A stretch of DNA of 64,000 nucleotides. Source: Lama glama (Eukaryota). Position 1 is the stretch's first letter, and each line of letters begins with the position of its first letter. Position numbers and translations under genes: made by a program. Under the pieces are notes generated by a model, which was not told where the DNA came from, did no database searches, and saw nothing but the letters and a program-made list of their open reading frames with translations. Below, piece after piece: positions 46,154-59,458 of this stretch. Where the stretch lies: the NCBI GenBank assembly GCA_028534125.1, contig CM052816.1, forward strand, positions 1,984,001-2,048,000. Direction: 5' to 3'.

Positions 46154-46209
46154 GAATAAGGACGGAGCAGGATTTCTACGTGCGCCTCATTGACTCCATG
46201 ACAAAACAA
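46154..46209 (+). CDS. EBF1: EBF1 coding exon 4
   Basis: Acceptor ctcctccag|GA; (G)IRTEQDFYVRLIDSMTKQ; donor CAA|gtaagt; 56 bp. Confidence 0.97.
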
Positions 46210-49200
46210 GTAAGTTTCTTAATTTCGCGCCGTGGGGGTGACTCTAGGGCGGCGAAACTTGGGAGAGTCAAGAAGCTGGCTACTCCGCAGCAGGAGGGCT
46301 GGGACTCGAACCCGCAGTACCCGCGCGTCTCGCGGACGGCGCTCTTAGCGCTGCCTTCCAAACGCTCTTACGCGCTTCGGCTTGCCGCGTGGAGACGATA
46401 GCTCGACGCTCCTTCCCTACCCGGGAAATTGAGACCTTGTGAATGAACGACTGTGGGGTACTGAGTGGGGAGAATATGGGCTGAACTTCCTTTGACCCGG
46501 CCGGGAACTCCCAGGGGGCGAAAAAGGTGCCCAGGGACCTTGGTGCAGAGTGGGATGAACTTGTAGAAACTCAAACCATCAGGGCCTCCCTCGGGAGGGA
46601 GAGGGTAGAGGGAGCGGATGAGGGGCAGAGGCAGCTTCCCCAGGAATGGTGAGATGGACCGAGAGCGCAGGTTATCCACTCCATTTTTTTTTTTTAAGAG
46701 GTGGTCGTGGTGGTAGTGTTGGAAGAGGGAGTGACAATTGTTAGAGGATATTTTGCAAAAGTCCTCCTGCTTTTGCCTCTGAGTTTGGCAGGAAGCCAGG
46801 CAGCATGAGTGAGCCTGTGGTCTTAAAGGTATATCGACGGCATTTTTCTTAAGTTCCCCAACACACGGGTGCCAGGCAGTATACATTAAGGCTGAGTTAT
46901 GGTTTAAAAGATACAATTATGAGCCGAGTCAGAAAAGAGGTCTGACGTTTTAACGAGGCGCAGGAATGTTTTTTTTTTCTTCTTAATTTTAAGAAAAAGT
47001 TTAGTTTCGGAATTAAGTATCTGGTTAGGTTTTTGGAAGACTTAACAAAAAAGAAGACAGCTTTATTGGGTGGGGGAAAAAATCAGAACAAAGAAAAGTT
47101 ATCCTTGTCTACTAACCACCAATTTAGTAAGAAGGTTAAAGCTCATTTGCTTGATTGTGATTTTTAAATATTCCCTTTAAAGTAAAGAAGATAATCTTCA
47201 TAGATGCTGACTTGGAAGGTTTCAAATTAGGGTATGCATACAAACTTAAAAATTATTTTTAGATAAGCCATGACTTAAATATGTTGTACCAAATGCACAT
47301 TAATAAGCTATTGGGAGTTTTAGAATCTGCTTAACAAGAGCCAATTTAGTAACAGCTAATTTTAATTATTACTTTCACATGTTATTGTGAACCAACTAGA
47401 AAACATGAGGGTATGAAATGTGTTTTTAAAATGGTAAATAAGTATCTACTGAAATTTATTTCAAGTTATTAGCCCAAAATACTTGGCTGTTTTGAAAATC
47501 TGTTTATTTTAGTCAATTGTTCAGAGTAAATCCACGTTTATACTTTTAGTCTTATTATTTACTATTCTGATTTTTGTCATTACATGAGATAGTTTCTTTT
47601 CATTTGGACATATTGTATTTTATTAAAACTTTTTTCCCCTGCCAATCAGAAAAACAAAATAGACTGATTTCAGTAAATTAAAAAAAATAGTGTCAAAACA
47701 AAAATGTCTCAAGTGGAGTTTTGTTTTAAAAAATTGTCTTCGGTACCTCAGATAACTTTTCCTGTCATTCTTACCATAGGAAAGAAAAGATAAGAGGGGA
47801 GATGGAAAGTATGAATTCTAGCACATACTCCTTATGGATTTATTAGAATTCCTTTTTGAAAGATAAAAGCCCCACAAACCAGTAAATAAGACCTGTCTGC
47901 TTGTGAAGCTTTGGTCACTTAGATATTAAATTATAAGCAGCTCTACGATGTGGACAATTGTAAGGAGCACAAACGTAGGACATGTTTAAAGTGTTAACTT
48001 CTCTTTAAGCTTGATTTTAGGCCCCTAGATAGTGCCCATGAATTGACTGTCCCATTATGAAGTGAACTGACTTTACACTCTCTTCTATCAGTGGACGAAT
48101 AATCTTGATATTTATCAAGTAGTACATCAAAAATCATTTTACTAATGAGGCCATCAAGCTTAAGAAAAACTACAGTTTAAGGCATTCTTTGACTGCTTGG
48201 TATCCTAAATTCTATCAGCCATAGGGGTGGGGGTGAGACCAGAACAATATATAGTTTAGTCATAGCAAGTGTGATAAAGTCATCTGCCATCTGGCTGAAA
48301 GTTAAATTTATAAATGGATGCAATTATATATTTTGATGGGGAGTGACCTGAAAAAAGTTTTAAATAATTACCTGAAGGTGGTCTAAAAATAGGAGGAAAA
48401 AAAAGCTTTTTTGAGGCATACCTGTTTGCTTTCATAGGAGTTGTCTGATGCCTCCTCTGTAGCTTTTACTTTGAAAGGCAATCCCTGCCCATTATCCGGT
48501 TGCTTGTTCCTTGATTATGTGCTGTAAGAGTTTGGGAAGTAGGTTAGCTTCTTGTGTACACAGCTAATACAATAGTCTTCAAAAAGCAGATCAGCGTGAA
48601 GAAGCATAACCGTCCTTGGCTGTGACATATTATGTTTTAGCCTTGATGAGTAAAACAATGGATTCTCATCTAGCTTGAAATTATTCTATGCTAATTAAAT
48701 ACCAAGTCTGAGTTTAAATTTCTTCATTTTTTGACTTCAGTTAAGTAGGCAGTGACCCCTTCCATCAAAAGTAAGCCTTGATAAAAGCTGGCTGATTAAA
48801 TGGTTACTCCCCTCTCCCCAGTAACACCCCCCCCCCATGAAATTCTTTCAGATAGACTCAGGATTTTGATATTTATAGAGTGCAGAATGGAATAATTTCA
48901 GTGATGTGATGAGTTCTAATAACATCATAAAACTTGGAGGGGTTATCTAGACACAGTTGAAGTTTCTTCTCTTAGCTGCTTATTTATCATAACATTTTCC
49001 ATCTCAGAGATGCAACTTTATGTGTGTGATGTCACGCCTTTGACTCACAAGTTGGGGTTAAAACTGGAAGGGAATCTTTGGCAAGCAAAATTCAAAAATA
49101 GTTATGCGCCTTTATATTTTCATAGAATGTTCCTGATCTTGGGTGGAGTTAGCACCATTGAGATCAAACAGAAATGTACTCAATCAACCAAGATGTATTG

Positions 49201-52200
49201 GTATGACACAGTATTTCACACCTTTTCAAAGTGTCTCATTACACTATTTTGGGTGGTGACTCTTAATTTTGGATGCTACCAGGAAAGGGGAAGCTTTATT
49301 AGAAGTGAATGTGTAAGGATTTAAGCCTTCTTAGTCCTCTGGTTCTCTTATAAAACAAAAAGGATATAATGATATTTAAAAAATTTGTCCGCCAACTAGA
49401 AAATAAGAGGCTTGCTTTTGGGAAGGGTTGTTCAAAACCAAGTTTAGCTGGACTAAAAATAGGTTGTTTTTGTGTCATTGCTGTTTTTGGTATTCCATTA
49501 GTGAGCATGCAGAAAGGCCTGAAGGATCTAGAAGTTTATGGCTGTCGAATGCAGAGACCCGAATGAACCCAGTAGGGGAGGTCTGAGGTTTAATGGGGCT
49601 CATTTCAGATTTTCATGTAGTATTTGAAATATGATTATGTTCTGTGATTGCTTCAGTGAGTTAGCTTTAGTGTTTTTTTTTAAAGCCTTTAACTTACCTC
49701 TCCTCCTACCATCTTCCTTTGAAAAGAGTGACATTTTTATCACTTAAAGAAAGAGTAACAAATTCCACAAAGTTATCAGAAACAAAACACTCCCTGCCTC
49801 CAAACAAAAGCTTTTATTTTTTTTTAAGGGGGAAAAAATGGCCACGTAATCTTTATATGTATCGATTTGAAGGTAGGTGATATGGTGAGGGGTCCTTTAA
49901 AAAGTCCCTGCACAGTGGAAAATCTAAGGCACAATAATCAGAAATGCTGTCATATTTCTCTTTCCAGCTAATCTTTATATGTTTGTTTTGATGTTCCCGG
50001 TACTTTAAGTTATTGATGCAAGTGCATTTTTTCCTATTGATTGTTTCATTATATCCTGCCACAGCTACGTAGATTTGATTAATAACCCTTTCAGTTCATG
50101 GTTCTTCATTGGTGGATAAACACATTTTTAGTGTATCGATAAGTTCCAAAGAAATTCAGCTAGGCCAGCAGAGACGTCCTTCCATGTATCTGGAGAAACA
50201 AACAAAAAAGAACAGGGCAAGTTTATAGTTAGGAGCCATATTTCAGCAGCGCTCTCTCTTCTTTGGTAACATGTCAAAAATGCAGGTGATTTAAATTTCC
50301 TTGCACATAGAGGAATGAAGAAGTTTGGAATTTTTATGCATGATCAGGACCTGTGTTTGGGAAAATGTAAACTCATCACAGTGGAAAATGTGTTGTTTGG
50401 AGTCTGGGGGTGAAAACAAAGCTGATGGTTTTGGAGAGATTGCCGGAGCCAGATGGCCCAGTGCTTCCCCAGTCTGGCGGTCCAACTGCTCCCTCCTGGA
50501 TAATATACAGCCATTTGTTCGGGGATATTTACGCTAGAGCTGTTTCCATGCGAATGTTTGAACAGCATTAAAAACGAACATATTAGTCGTGATGCGTTTG
50601 TCGAATTTGTATGACTGCACGGATAGTCTATTTTCGTGTCTCATGCTGCTGAGAGGAAAGGAGGAGTGTTTGGATGCTGGTGAATTGTTTATACAGTTGT
50701 TGAGCAACAATGATTTGGTCTTAGTGAGTAATTAAAATATGTAAGCATTTGGAAACTAACGCAAGTGGTGGTAGCACCTACCTGGAAGCTCTGTTGTGAA
50801 AATTCAACGAGTTCATACACGTGAGAGTGCTTAGAACAGTGGCTGGTGCATATTAAGTGCTTAATAAATTAGCTGCTTTTATTATTTTATTATTATTATT
50901 GCCTCGCTGTGTTGACAAAACCAGTTGTATCTACTAACACAGATAGTAAATGCAGCTGTCATATGATTGAAGTATCTTTTATTATTGCCAGAAAAAGTAA
51001 TATATAGTATGGTATTGTTAGAATGATCCTGTTTTTATCTTGGTGTTTGGATAGCATGAGGGATTCTATTTCTCTGAGACAGGAAAGATGCATTCTAAAG
51101 CTAACTGCTTTTGGGACACACTCTTTTTATTCAAGGCTGTGATGTAACTGAACATGGTATCATTCCTTTGCAACTTTCCGAATTCAGTCCTGAAAACCGG
51201 CCTGCTTAGCTGCTGAGCTGAAATTACATCTTTGTAATGTGTTCACCAGTAGCCAAGCTGCTAATTGAAGCAAAATAATTTTTTATTTTATCCCACTATT
51301 AATTTTGGATTGCTGTTTGACACAATTGTTTATGAAATGTCAGATTAGTAGTGCTTTCTTTGGCACAGGTTAGTTTTTAACTAGAGTTCCTTCACCTACT
51401 GGAAATTTCTCAAACCACACTGGCTAACACTTTTTTTTTTTTTAAGTGACAAGCAGTGGAACTTGGTGGTCGAATGTAGTGATTAATATTACAGTGCATT
51501 GACATTGTAGGTGCTCATGATATTTTTTCATTAGTTTCAGTTCTTGGTAATTTGCTGCCAAAGGCAGTTTGTAGTCAAAGGACACTTAACTTCCGATTAA
51601 AGGAGGTACTTTGTACATTCATGAATGTGACAAGTTAGGTTTGGCCTTTTATTTTGTATTTGGAAAAAAGAGTGACGTGTTTTCAAGATGACTCTTTTGA
51701 TTTAAGTGGAAAATTAGAAGTTTTTGTTAGTTATAAGTAACCTGCTTACCTGTCTTCCTTTTTCCTTCCTCTTTCCCAGTTCCTCCTTTTCTTTTCTCTC
51801 ATTTTCTTTCATTCTCTCTTTCTGCCTTTCCAAACTAATGACAAGTCTCTTACTGTTTGTAAGCCAAGAAAGACTTCTAATGAAAACATTTTGTTCCTAA
51901 AACCCTTTCGGGTTTCAATGAAACACAGTCAAAAGTATTCTTTGTCCACTTTCTTTTGGCAGGGAACGCAAAGAGTTAAAACTATCAGAAAAGTAAAGAA
52001 AAGCTGTGCTGGATCCTCTGTATTTCCTCTGGTATCCCCTGGTAGTGTGATTCTGGTATACGTTCACCGTGTATTTTTCATCATACCATGTGGTCTTTAT
52101 CCATAGTAAGTTTCAATTAACTTTTAAGATATTCTAGTGATATTTTAGAAAAGCAGAAATGAACCACACTTCCCAAGATGCTTTTAAAACAGTGGCAACC

Positions 52201-54589
52201 GAGGCAGATTTTCTCTGTTGACTGATTTATTTCCTTTCAAAGATGGTGTAGGGTAATGTATAATTGGGCATTTGAAATTAATGGCATTTTCTCCTCTCCC
52301 AGTAAACCTGGCGCTGTTGTTGTGTAAGGATGTGAAAGTTTAACAAGTCCTGTTTTTCCTTCTTTCTTGTTAATTATATAAAAAAAATTATTCTTGAAAA
52401 AAAACCTCAATCTGAAAGTTAATAGAGTATTAAAAATAGTTGTGATATTTTCTTTATGCTTATCAGAGAACGTTAAGAAAAAGGAGGCTAGTATATTCAG
52501 AAAAATAAATCTGCTCCAAATATGACAAGTTTTGACAACTTGTTTGTCAGTTTCACCAGGTTTTTAAAGTTGAGATGAAGTTCGTGCTGTTTATTCTTTT
52601 ACTTTCCTTCCTGCACAAGCGTTCCTGCCACCTTAGGGATTTATTTGCTGTTGGCAAGATTAGCGTAAACATCATTTTCTACTTGATACCGTATTTTTTT
52701 GTTTCTTTGGTTAGAATCTCAACTTGCTTCACCATCAATTCATTTATTTAAGTAATATATTTTATATACGTTCTTTCCCCCTCCTGCCCATCTCTGTACA
52801 GGCCTCCATCCTTAGTCCTGATAAACACACTGATTTATTTAAACCACTGTTGTGTTTGTTTCTCTCACAGCATACTACTTTTCTCACAGTGAGCAGACAT
52901 GTGATTTACTATGGAGGGTGGAAATAAGTCTTCTTCTTGGTGTTCCATTGTCTGCATCCTAAACCAGCTGTCTATTAAAATGGTTTCACTTAAAGTAGTC
53001 AATGCTGTTTATATGCTTCTGTAATCTCCCAGCTGATCCAGCCTCAATGAGCTTCACTCACACCCCACCGAGGCACATATTCAAATTAGAAAGAAAAGCA
53101 GAAATTTCTCCCTAAGTTGCTGTTCAAGGAGCCTTTTAGGCGTAAAATCTGGGTTTGCGTACTGTGACTCCGTCTTGTCGTGTGTACTAAATGTAGATGG
53201 TAGAGGTTTGATGCGTGTGTGAGCTGGAGGGACAGCTTGGTGGCATTTTTAAGTCTGTCTGATTGTCGCCCTCTGCAGCAGAGACTTTCATCAAAATAGA
53301 TTTATCTTATTTTCTTCTGTTGAATCTCATCAGAAGTTTGATTTCTCAGACCCTACTTTTATCATTGTGTGCGTGCATGTGTGTGTGTGTGTGTGTGAGT
53401 GTGTGAGTGAACAAGCCTTTTCAGTAACAAAAACTGCTTAGCAAGGGAGATGTATCTGCCTTTGACGGAGTTCCACTTGATAGCTAGCTGTATTATGCTG
53501 AGGTTCTAGATTACCCTATTTCCAGGATTTTAGTTCTCCTCCCCAAGAGAGGGCAAAGACTCTCCATGTCACTTGCTTTTATTTCAGAAGTCACAGAAGC
53601 AGCAAGCCCTTCTTTTTCTGTGTTGACGTGCTGAAAACTTTGTTCTGTTGAAGCCCCGAGGAAAGGGACAGCAGAAACATCATGGTTCTCCCCCTCCCCA
53701 GAGTTCCTCACTTATTTCTGAGAAAATCCAAACTCATGCTTTCATTTTTCTCTGCTTGATTTAGAGAGTCTCCATTTTGACTCTGCTGCCAGAAGCGAAG
53801 TGGCAGGTTGACATTTGATAGAGAGGCACAACAGAGGCCCTGGGCCTTCCACAATGGGTGTTCAGTCACCAAAGATAAAAGCATGGGGTTCCTGGGAGTC
53901 TGCAGATCACCTGCTGTTTGGGGGCGCCATCAACATATTTTCACTGCAGCGTATCTTTAATTGAGTATTATCATGGGCCCACTGATTTCAGTAGAACCAG
54001 CAGCCTCAGTAAAAATAATATTGGTCTTATCTAGAAAGAATCAAAATGAGAAAGTTTGATGTAACTGATACTCCTTCCCCCCAAAAAAGCCATTTTTTTT
54101 AAACAAGAGGGAAAACCCCATTAATACCTGTGAATTTTATTTACCAAATTACTTGTATTAGTTTAGCATGACAGAAAACTAAAGTTGAAACAGAGGTTGT
54201 CAGGGGTATTAAGAGAACATACAAAACATGTAGTGATAATAGGATTTCGCAGAAATGCATGATTAGAATTTTTTAGCACCGTATATGAGATTTAATCAGT
54301 TGTTTACAGTGTTTCTTTGATTTTTTTTTAGCAGCGATTGCAATAAATAAAGTAGCGAGATATACGTTTTGGTTTTTTAAAACATTTTCAATTGACTTAA
54401 TGCATTTTCTTGAGTAAAGAAACTTCTTGGATATTTAAAAGGTCTTTTAAGAATGCCATCATCCGTGCATGCTTAAATTAATGGGTGAAAATTTGAGCAA
54501 TACTGTATTAACATAATCTAGATGATTTCCCCAGAAGACAGTTAAGAATTACATAAGGTGAATATTAACTTCACAGTACGGGAAATTGG

Positions 54590-55230
54590 CTGTGATCTCT
54601 GGTGGCAGGCACCCCCGTAACCAAGTGGTCAGAGTTGACTGCCATCGATGGAGCTACTTACAGTGTGATATGACCCTGGGAGAACTCGGCATTGTGTCTG
54701 TGGTGTTCCAGCCCTAAGCTGCATAACTTTAAGTCTGAGGAGACATCAGACATACTCAGATTGAGGATTTTCTACAAAATGACTGGCCTATATTCTTCAA
54801 CAATGTCAATGTCATGAAACACAAAGGCTCAGGAATGTTCCTTATTAAAGGAGACATGACAACTGAATGCAATAATTGATATTAGAATTTTTCTTTTTTT
54901 TTCTATAAAGAACATTATTGGATAATTGGAATATTCTCAATAAAGTGTTTAGATTAAGTTTTTGTATCAGTGTTAATTTTCTGATTTAGGCATTGTACTG
55001 CTATGGTTATGTAAGAGAATTCCTTGTTTCAGGGAAGTACATACAGAAGTATTTAGGGCATGTCTGCAATTAACTAATAAATGGTTCAGGGAAAGCAAAC
55101 AGAGACAGAAAAAAGAATAAAGCAAATTTACGAATTTGAGACATCTGGGTAAAGAGTATCTTGGAATTCTTTATATATTCTTGCAACTTTTCTGTTAAGT
55201 CTAAAATTATGTCAAAATAAAACATTAAAA
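54590..55230 (+). mobile_element. Old LINE-1 (L1MC-like) 3' fragment in EBF1 intron 4
   Basis: tctacaaaatgactggcctatattcttcaacaatgtcaatgtcatgaaa...attaaaggagacatgacaactgaatgcaa...ttcttgcaacttttctgttaagtctaaaatta...aaaataaaa. Confidence 0.75.
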
Positions 55231-56517
55231 AAATACAGAATTATAACAAGCTAACAAAAAAAGCTTATGAAGGTCTAATGGTACAGAAATGTTTTCTCCT
55301 TATGCAGATACTTTTTAGCATTTTTATATTTGTTGCAATTGTTGCTTTGTAATGGAGTTAGGTACCATAAGCAGAGCTTGCTCCGAGGGTCTGCACACAC
55401 CGTGTCATAAGTTGTCCCCCATCATTTATGGTTCTCAAAGACTCAGATTCATAAACATAGCATGTTCCAGCCAACCACAAGTTAGTTGCTGCACTTCCTG
55501 TGTCCTATAAAAGGGTGGTTAGTCTCTGGTTAATTTAAGTAGTTTCGTCACCAAGAAATTGAGAGTTATCTGAATGTGTGAAAGTAATTTTATCAACAAT
55601 TTGAAGCTGTGTTATTTTACTATTATGCAGTGATACAGTGTTAAGTTAGTTAAAATGTATCTCCATGCAGAGCCTTCCTCTGCTGAAAGCTGTGCGTGTT
55701 TCTTTGGCCCAAGTGAGGACATGGAGATCTTCTAGGAAGCTGAGGTTCCAGGGAAGCTTCCTGGTGACCTTAAGCAAAATGTTTGTACACATATAACTGA
55801 AAGCAGACAGAAAATCTTCGCTAGTGAGTTGGTTTGTGACTCCAAATTTTGAAAGTCAGATGTGATGTTTCTTAGTTGAGGGAGAGAACCATGGCTTAAC
55901 CCTCCTTCCCCACCTTCCCAGCGTGTGCTGGTGAGTATCGCTGTTAGGGGGGTACGTTTGTGCCTGGAGGGTGCATGTTTTCGGCCTGTAGGTGGGATAA
56001 AGGGCTCCCCCTGATTGATGAATCATCTCAAACAGGACACAGTTAGCGAGTGGACTCATTGACCCCAACGCTCCCTTGTTTTCCACCAGTTACCGCTAGA
56101 GCACTGCATGTTGGAGCTGGAAGCAGTAAAACAAGGCGATAAACACGAATCATTTAAAAATCAAATCCATGTGCTTTTCTGTATTTTAAATCACTAGTTT
56201 CTCAATCTGCTAAACCTACCAGATTTTTTCCCTCTCCATTGATTAGATTTACTTTTAATCTGAATTGAAAGAACTGTGGTTGTCTTGATGACAACTCATA
56301 CGCGGATCCAAAGATGTGCTTCATAATAAGGTGGCTCATAGGACACGGAGGAAAACACCCCCTTCCACTCGATTGGGGTTGACCCTTAATAACAGGTCTT
56401 GAAACAATCAGCCCAGTGAGGCCTTGGGCTCTGAAAGCTAATTGGCCTGTGGCATTGCTGGACGGTCAAGAACTCACCTGTGATAGTTTGTTCTCTGCTA
56501 CTGGGTTCCATTCTTAG

Positions 56518-56619
<102 letters not shown>

Positions 56620-58958
56620 TAAGAAACACCTTGTTTTCTCCCTTTTAATTAGCAAAGAGAAGGTGAATTTGTATCCCAAATCTAGGTGAATTCAGGTCGA
56701 TTTTTGGGTGTATATTTATCTTGCTTCTATTAGACAATCTAAAAAATGTTAGACGTGAGTATTTGGTAGCAACGTGTCAGGCATCACGGTGGTTCTCAAT
56801 TATTTATTAGATTTCATCCTAAAAAGACATACATTTCCATTTTGAAATCACACTGTTAATGGGCACAAAGCGTTGCCCTCCCCTTCTTCCTTTCAATCGG
56901 ATAAAATACAATATAACCCTTTTAGTGTTAATTTATGCGCTCAACGGCATTGCCAGTAAAATGAGTAAGAGTTCTACTGATGTCAGCAGAAGCCTCTGTT
57001 TGGATAAGACTTGAAAGTTACAGTTCCCCTTTTTAATTCTCCCACTTAGAAACATGGCCATCCGTGCACAAGCATCGTTCCCCCTTAAGCTGACTGTGGT
57101 TGCGTCTTTCCCCTCTTGCATCTGACTTCTTAACCTTAGTTACCTGGTATGTAACTATGGCAGTGTAACTAATATTTCTTGCTGGTAGTGAGCTTTCGGA
57201 AGAATGGCAGAGATGAGTCCCTGAAAGGTACAAAAATTCACGTCGTCCAGAAATGAGTTTCTTTATTTTTGGCCTGAAGCTACATGTGAAACCGGGCAAG
57301 CAGACCACATTCACTTCCATGGCCTCAGCCAACCCTCCACATGGGAGAGAGTAAACCAGAGAACCGCCTTTCAACTTGCAGTTTCGGATTCTTATTCTTC
57401 GTAAAGTAACACTGGGCCTTCGCTTCCGATATCACCTGAGTAATTGGATAAAGCATGACCATGACGGTCTGCATCAGGGAAGGGCTGCTAATCGCTTTGT
57501 TAGCCACGCAGGCTCTCCTGGCACAAAGCGTGCTTGGCTCCTGACTGAGACTGTCCAGTCCGTTTGGGGCTTCCAGCGGCCACATCGGCCTGGGTGGGCT
57601 GTATTTGCTGCTCGTGGGCTTGTGGGCAAAGTGATCTGAAAACTCCACAGGTGGAAATAAAACGGGAAAGGGCTGAACGTGTTTGCTTAGCGAACTCCCC
57701 AATATTAACTTCTCTATATTTTGTATGTATATCAGAATTTCCTTTTCTTCCTTGAAAAACCATATTCTAATATATTATTCTAAAATACACAGGAGTTTCA
57801 CAAGTTTTCGCTTCAGCGATTTGTAAAACTTGTTAATTATTCCAAAAACAGGTTGCTTTTCTCTAACTTAAAGCAGTAAAAAAAATCCAAAAGCAGAGTC
57901 AGATTTCTCAGAAGATATTATTAGACAAAATTAGAGTTATATTGTATACAACAATCGCACAATTAAAGCTGAGTTACACTTTGCAGAATCACACGAGTAA
58001 AAAGTATTCTGAAAAGCATTAAAACAAATGGCCTCTTTTGTATTACTATTTTTCCAGCCATATCTCTGTTTTAGCTTCCCACAATTAGCATGTCATTCAA
58101 ATGAATCTTCCATGTTCTATTACATGGGATTCTAGCAAATAGGAGACAGACAGTAAGACAGATCTTAACCAACAGGCCAGCGAATATCTATAAATCATAG
58201 ATTTGCATCTCATATCTGTACATGTTTGGACTATGCTAGAAATAATTCTATTCTTAAAAAGACTTAAAGATATATTATGCCTTTCACACACAAGCCTACC
58301 CGCTATTAATGCAGTTTATATTTTTTCTTGTTCTTAAAATTCATTGGTCCAGAGCTCTTTATTATGCTGGCTGGTGTGTTTAACTGCTGATGTTCTATTT
58401 TTCAGAAACATAAAAATAGCAAAAATAAAATTCTCAAGCCACTGAAGGCAAATGATGTTTGTACTGCGTGGCTAAGAGGGAAAAGCCATATTCAAAATGT
58501 CATCCTGCTAATGTTACAGATGACGGTTTTCCTGGCAGCCTATAGCCATGTAAGGGGTACTGTTTGTTTACCAGACTGCCATGACCCTATTACACAAGCC
58601 TGTCATCTATTGTGTGGCTAACAGTCTTTTAAATTGCAAATCTGATGCTCTTTAGGGGGCTTTAGGAAAAAAATTCTCACTTTCCACACCATCCTATTTC
58701 TCTTGATTTCTTGCCTGTTGTAAGTGGAAGTTGGGATGTGCTGAATTTGCACCAGGGGTGCAAATGCAGGCTCAATTATAAGCATAAAATTAGAGTCTGT
58801 TCACCATTAATCAGCCTGGCTAATTGCTATGCACCACCATTAACCATATGGTGTGAAAGACAGCTTCCTCTCCCCAAGATGAAATTTCTTCATTGCAGAC
58901 ATGAAATAGTGAGGGCCCTGGATTTTAAAATAGCTTGTTTTAGATATTTAATTTCTAA

Positions 58959-59458
58959 NNNNNNNNNNNNNNNNNNNNNNNNNNNNNNNNNNNNNNNNNN
59001 NNNNNNNNNNNNNNNNNNNNNNNNNNNNNNNNNNNNNNNNNNNNNNNNNNNNNNNNNNNNNNNNNNNNNNNNNNNNNNNNNNNNNNNNNNNNNNNNNNNN
59101 NNNNNNNNNNNNNNNNNNNNNNNNNNNNNNNNNNNNNNNNNNNNNNNNNNNNNNNNNNNNNNNNNNNNNNNNNNNNNNNNNNNNNNNNNNNNNNNNNNNN
59201 NNNNNNNNNNNNNNNNNNNNNNNNNNNNNNNNNNNNNNNNNNNNNNNNNNNNNNNNNNNNNNNNNNNNNNNNNNNNNNNNNNNNNNNNNNNNNNNNNNNN
59301 NNNNNNNNNNNNNNNNNNNNNNNNNNNNNNNNNNNNNNNNNNNNNNNNNNNNNNNNNNNNNNNNNNNNNNNNNNNNNNNNNNNNNNNNNNNNNNNNNNNN
59401 NNNNNNNNNNNNNNNNNNNNNNNNNNNNNNNNNNNNNNNNNNNNNNNNNNNNNNNNNN
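58959..59458. other. Assembly gap (500 N)
   Basis: Run of N with A residues on both sides. Confidence 1.
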
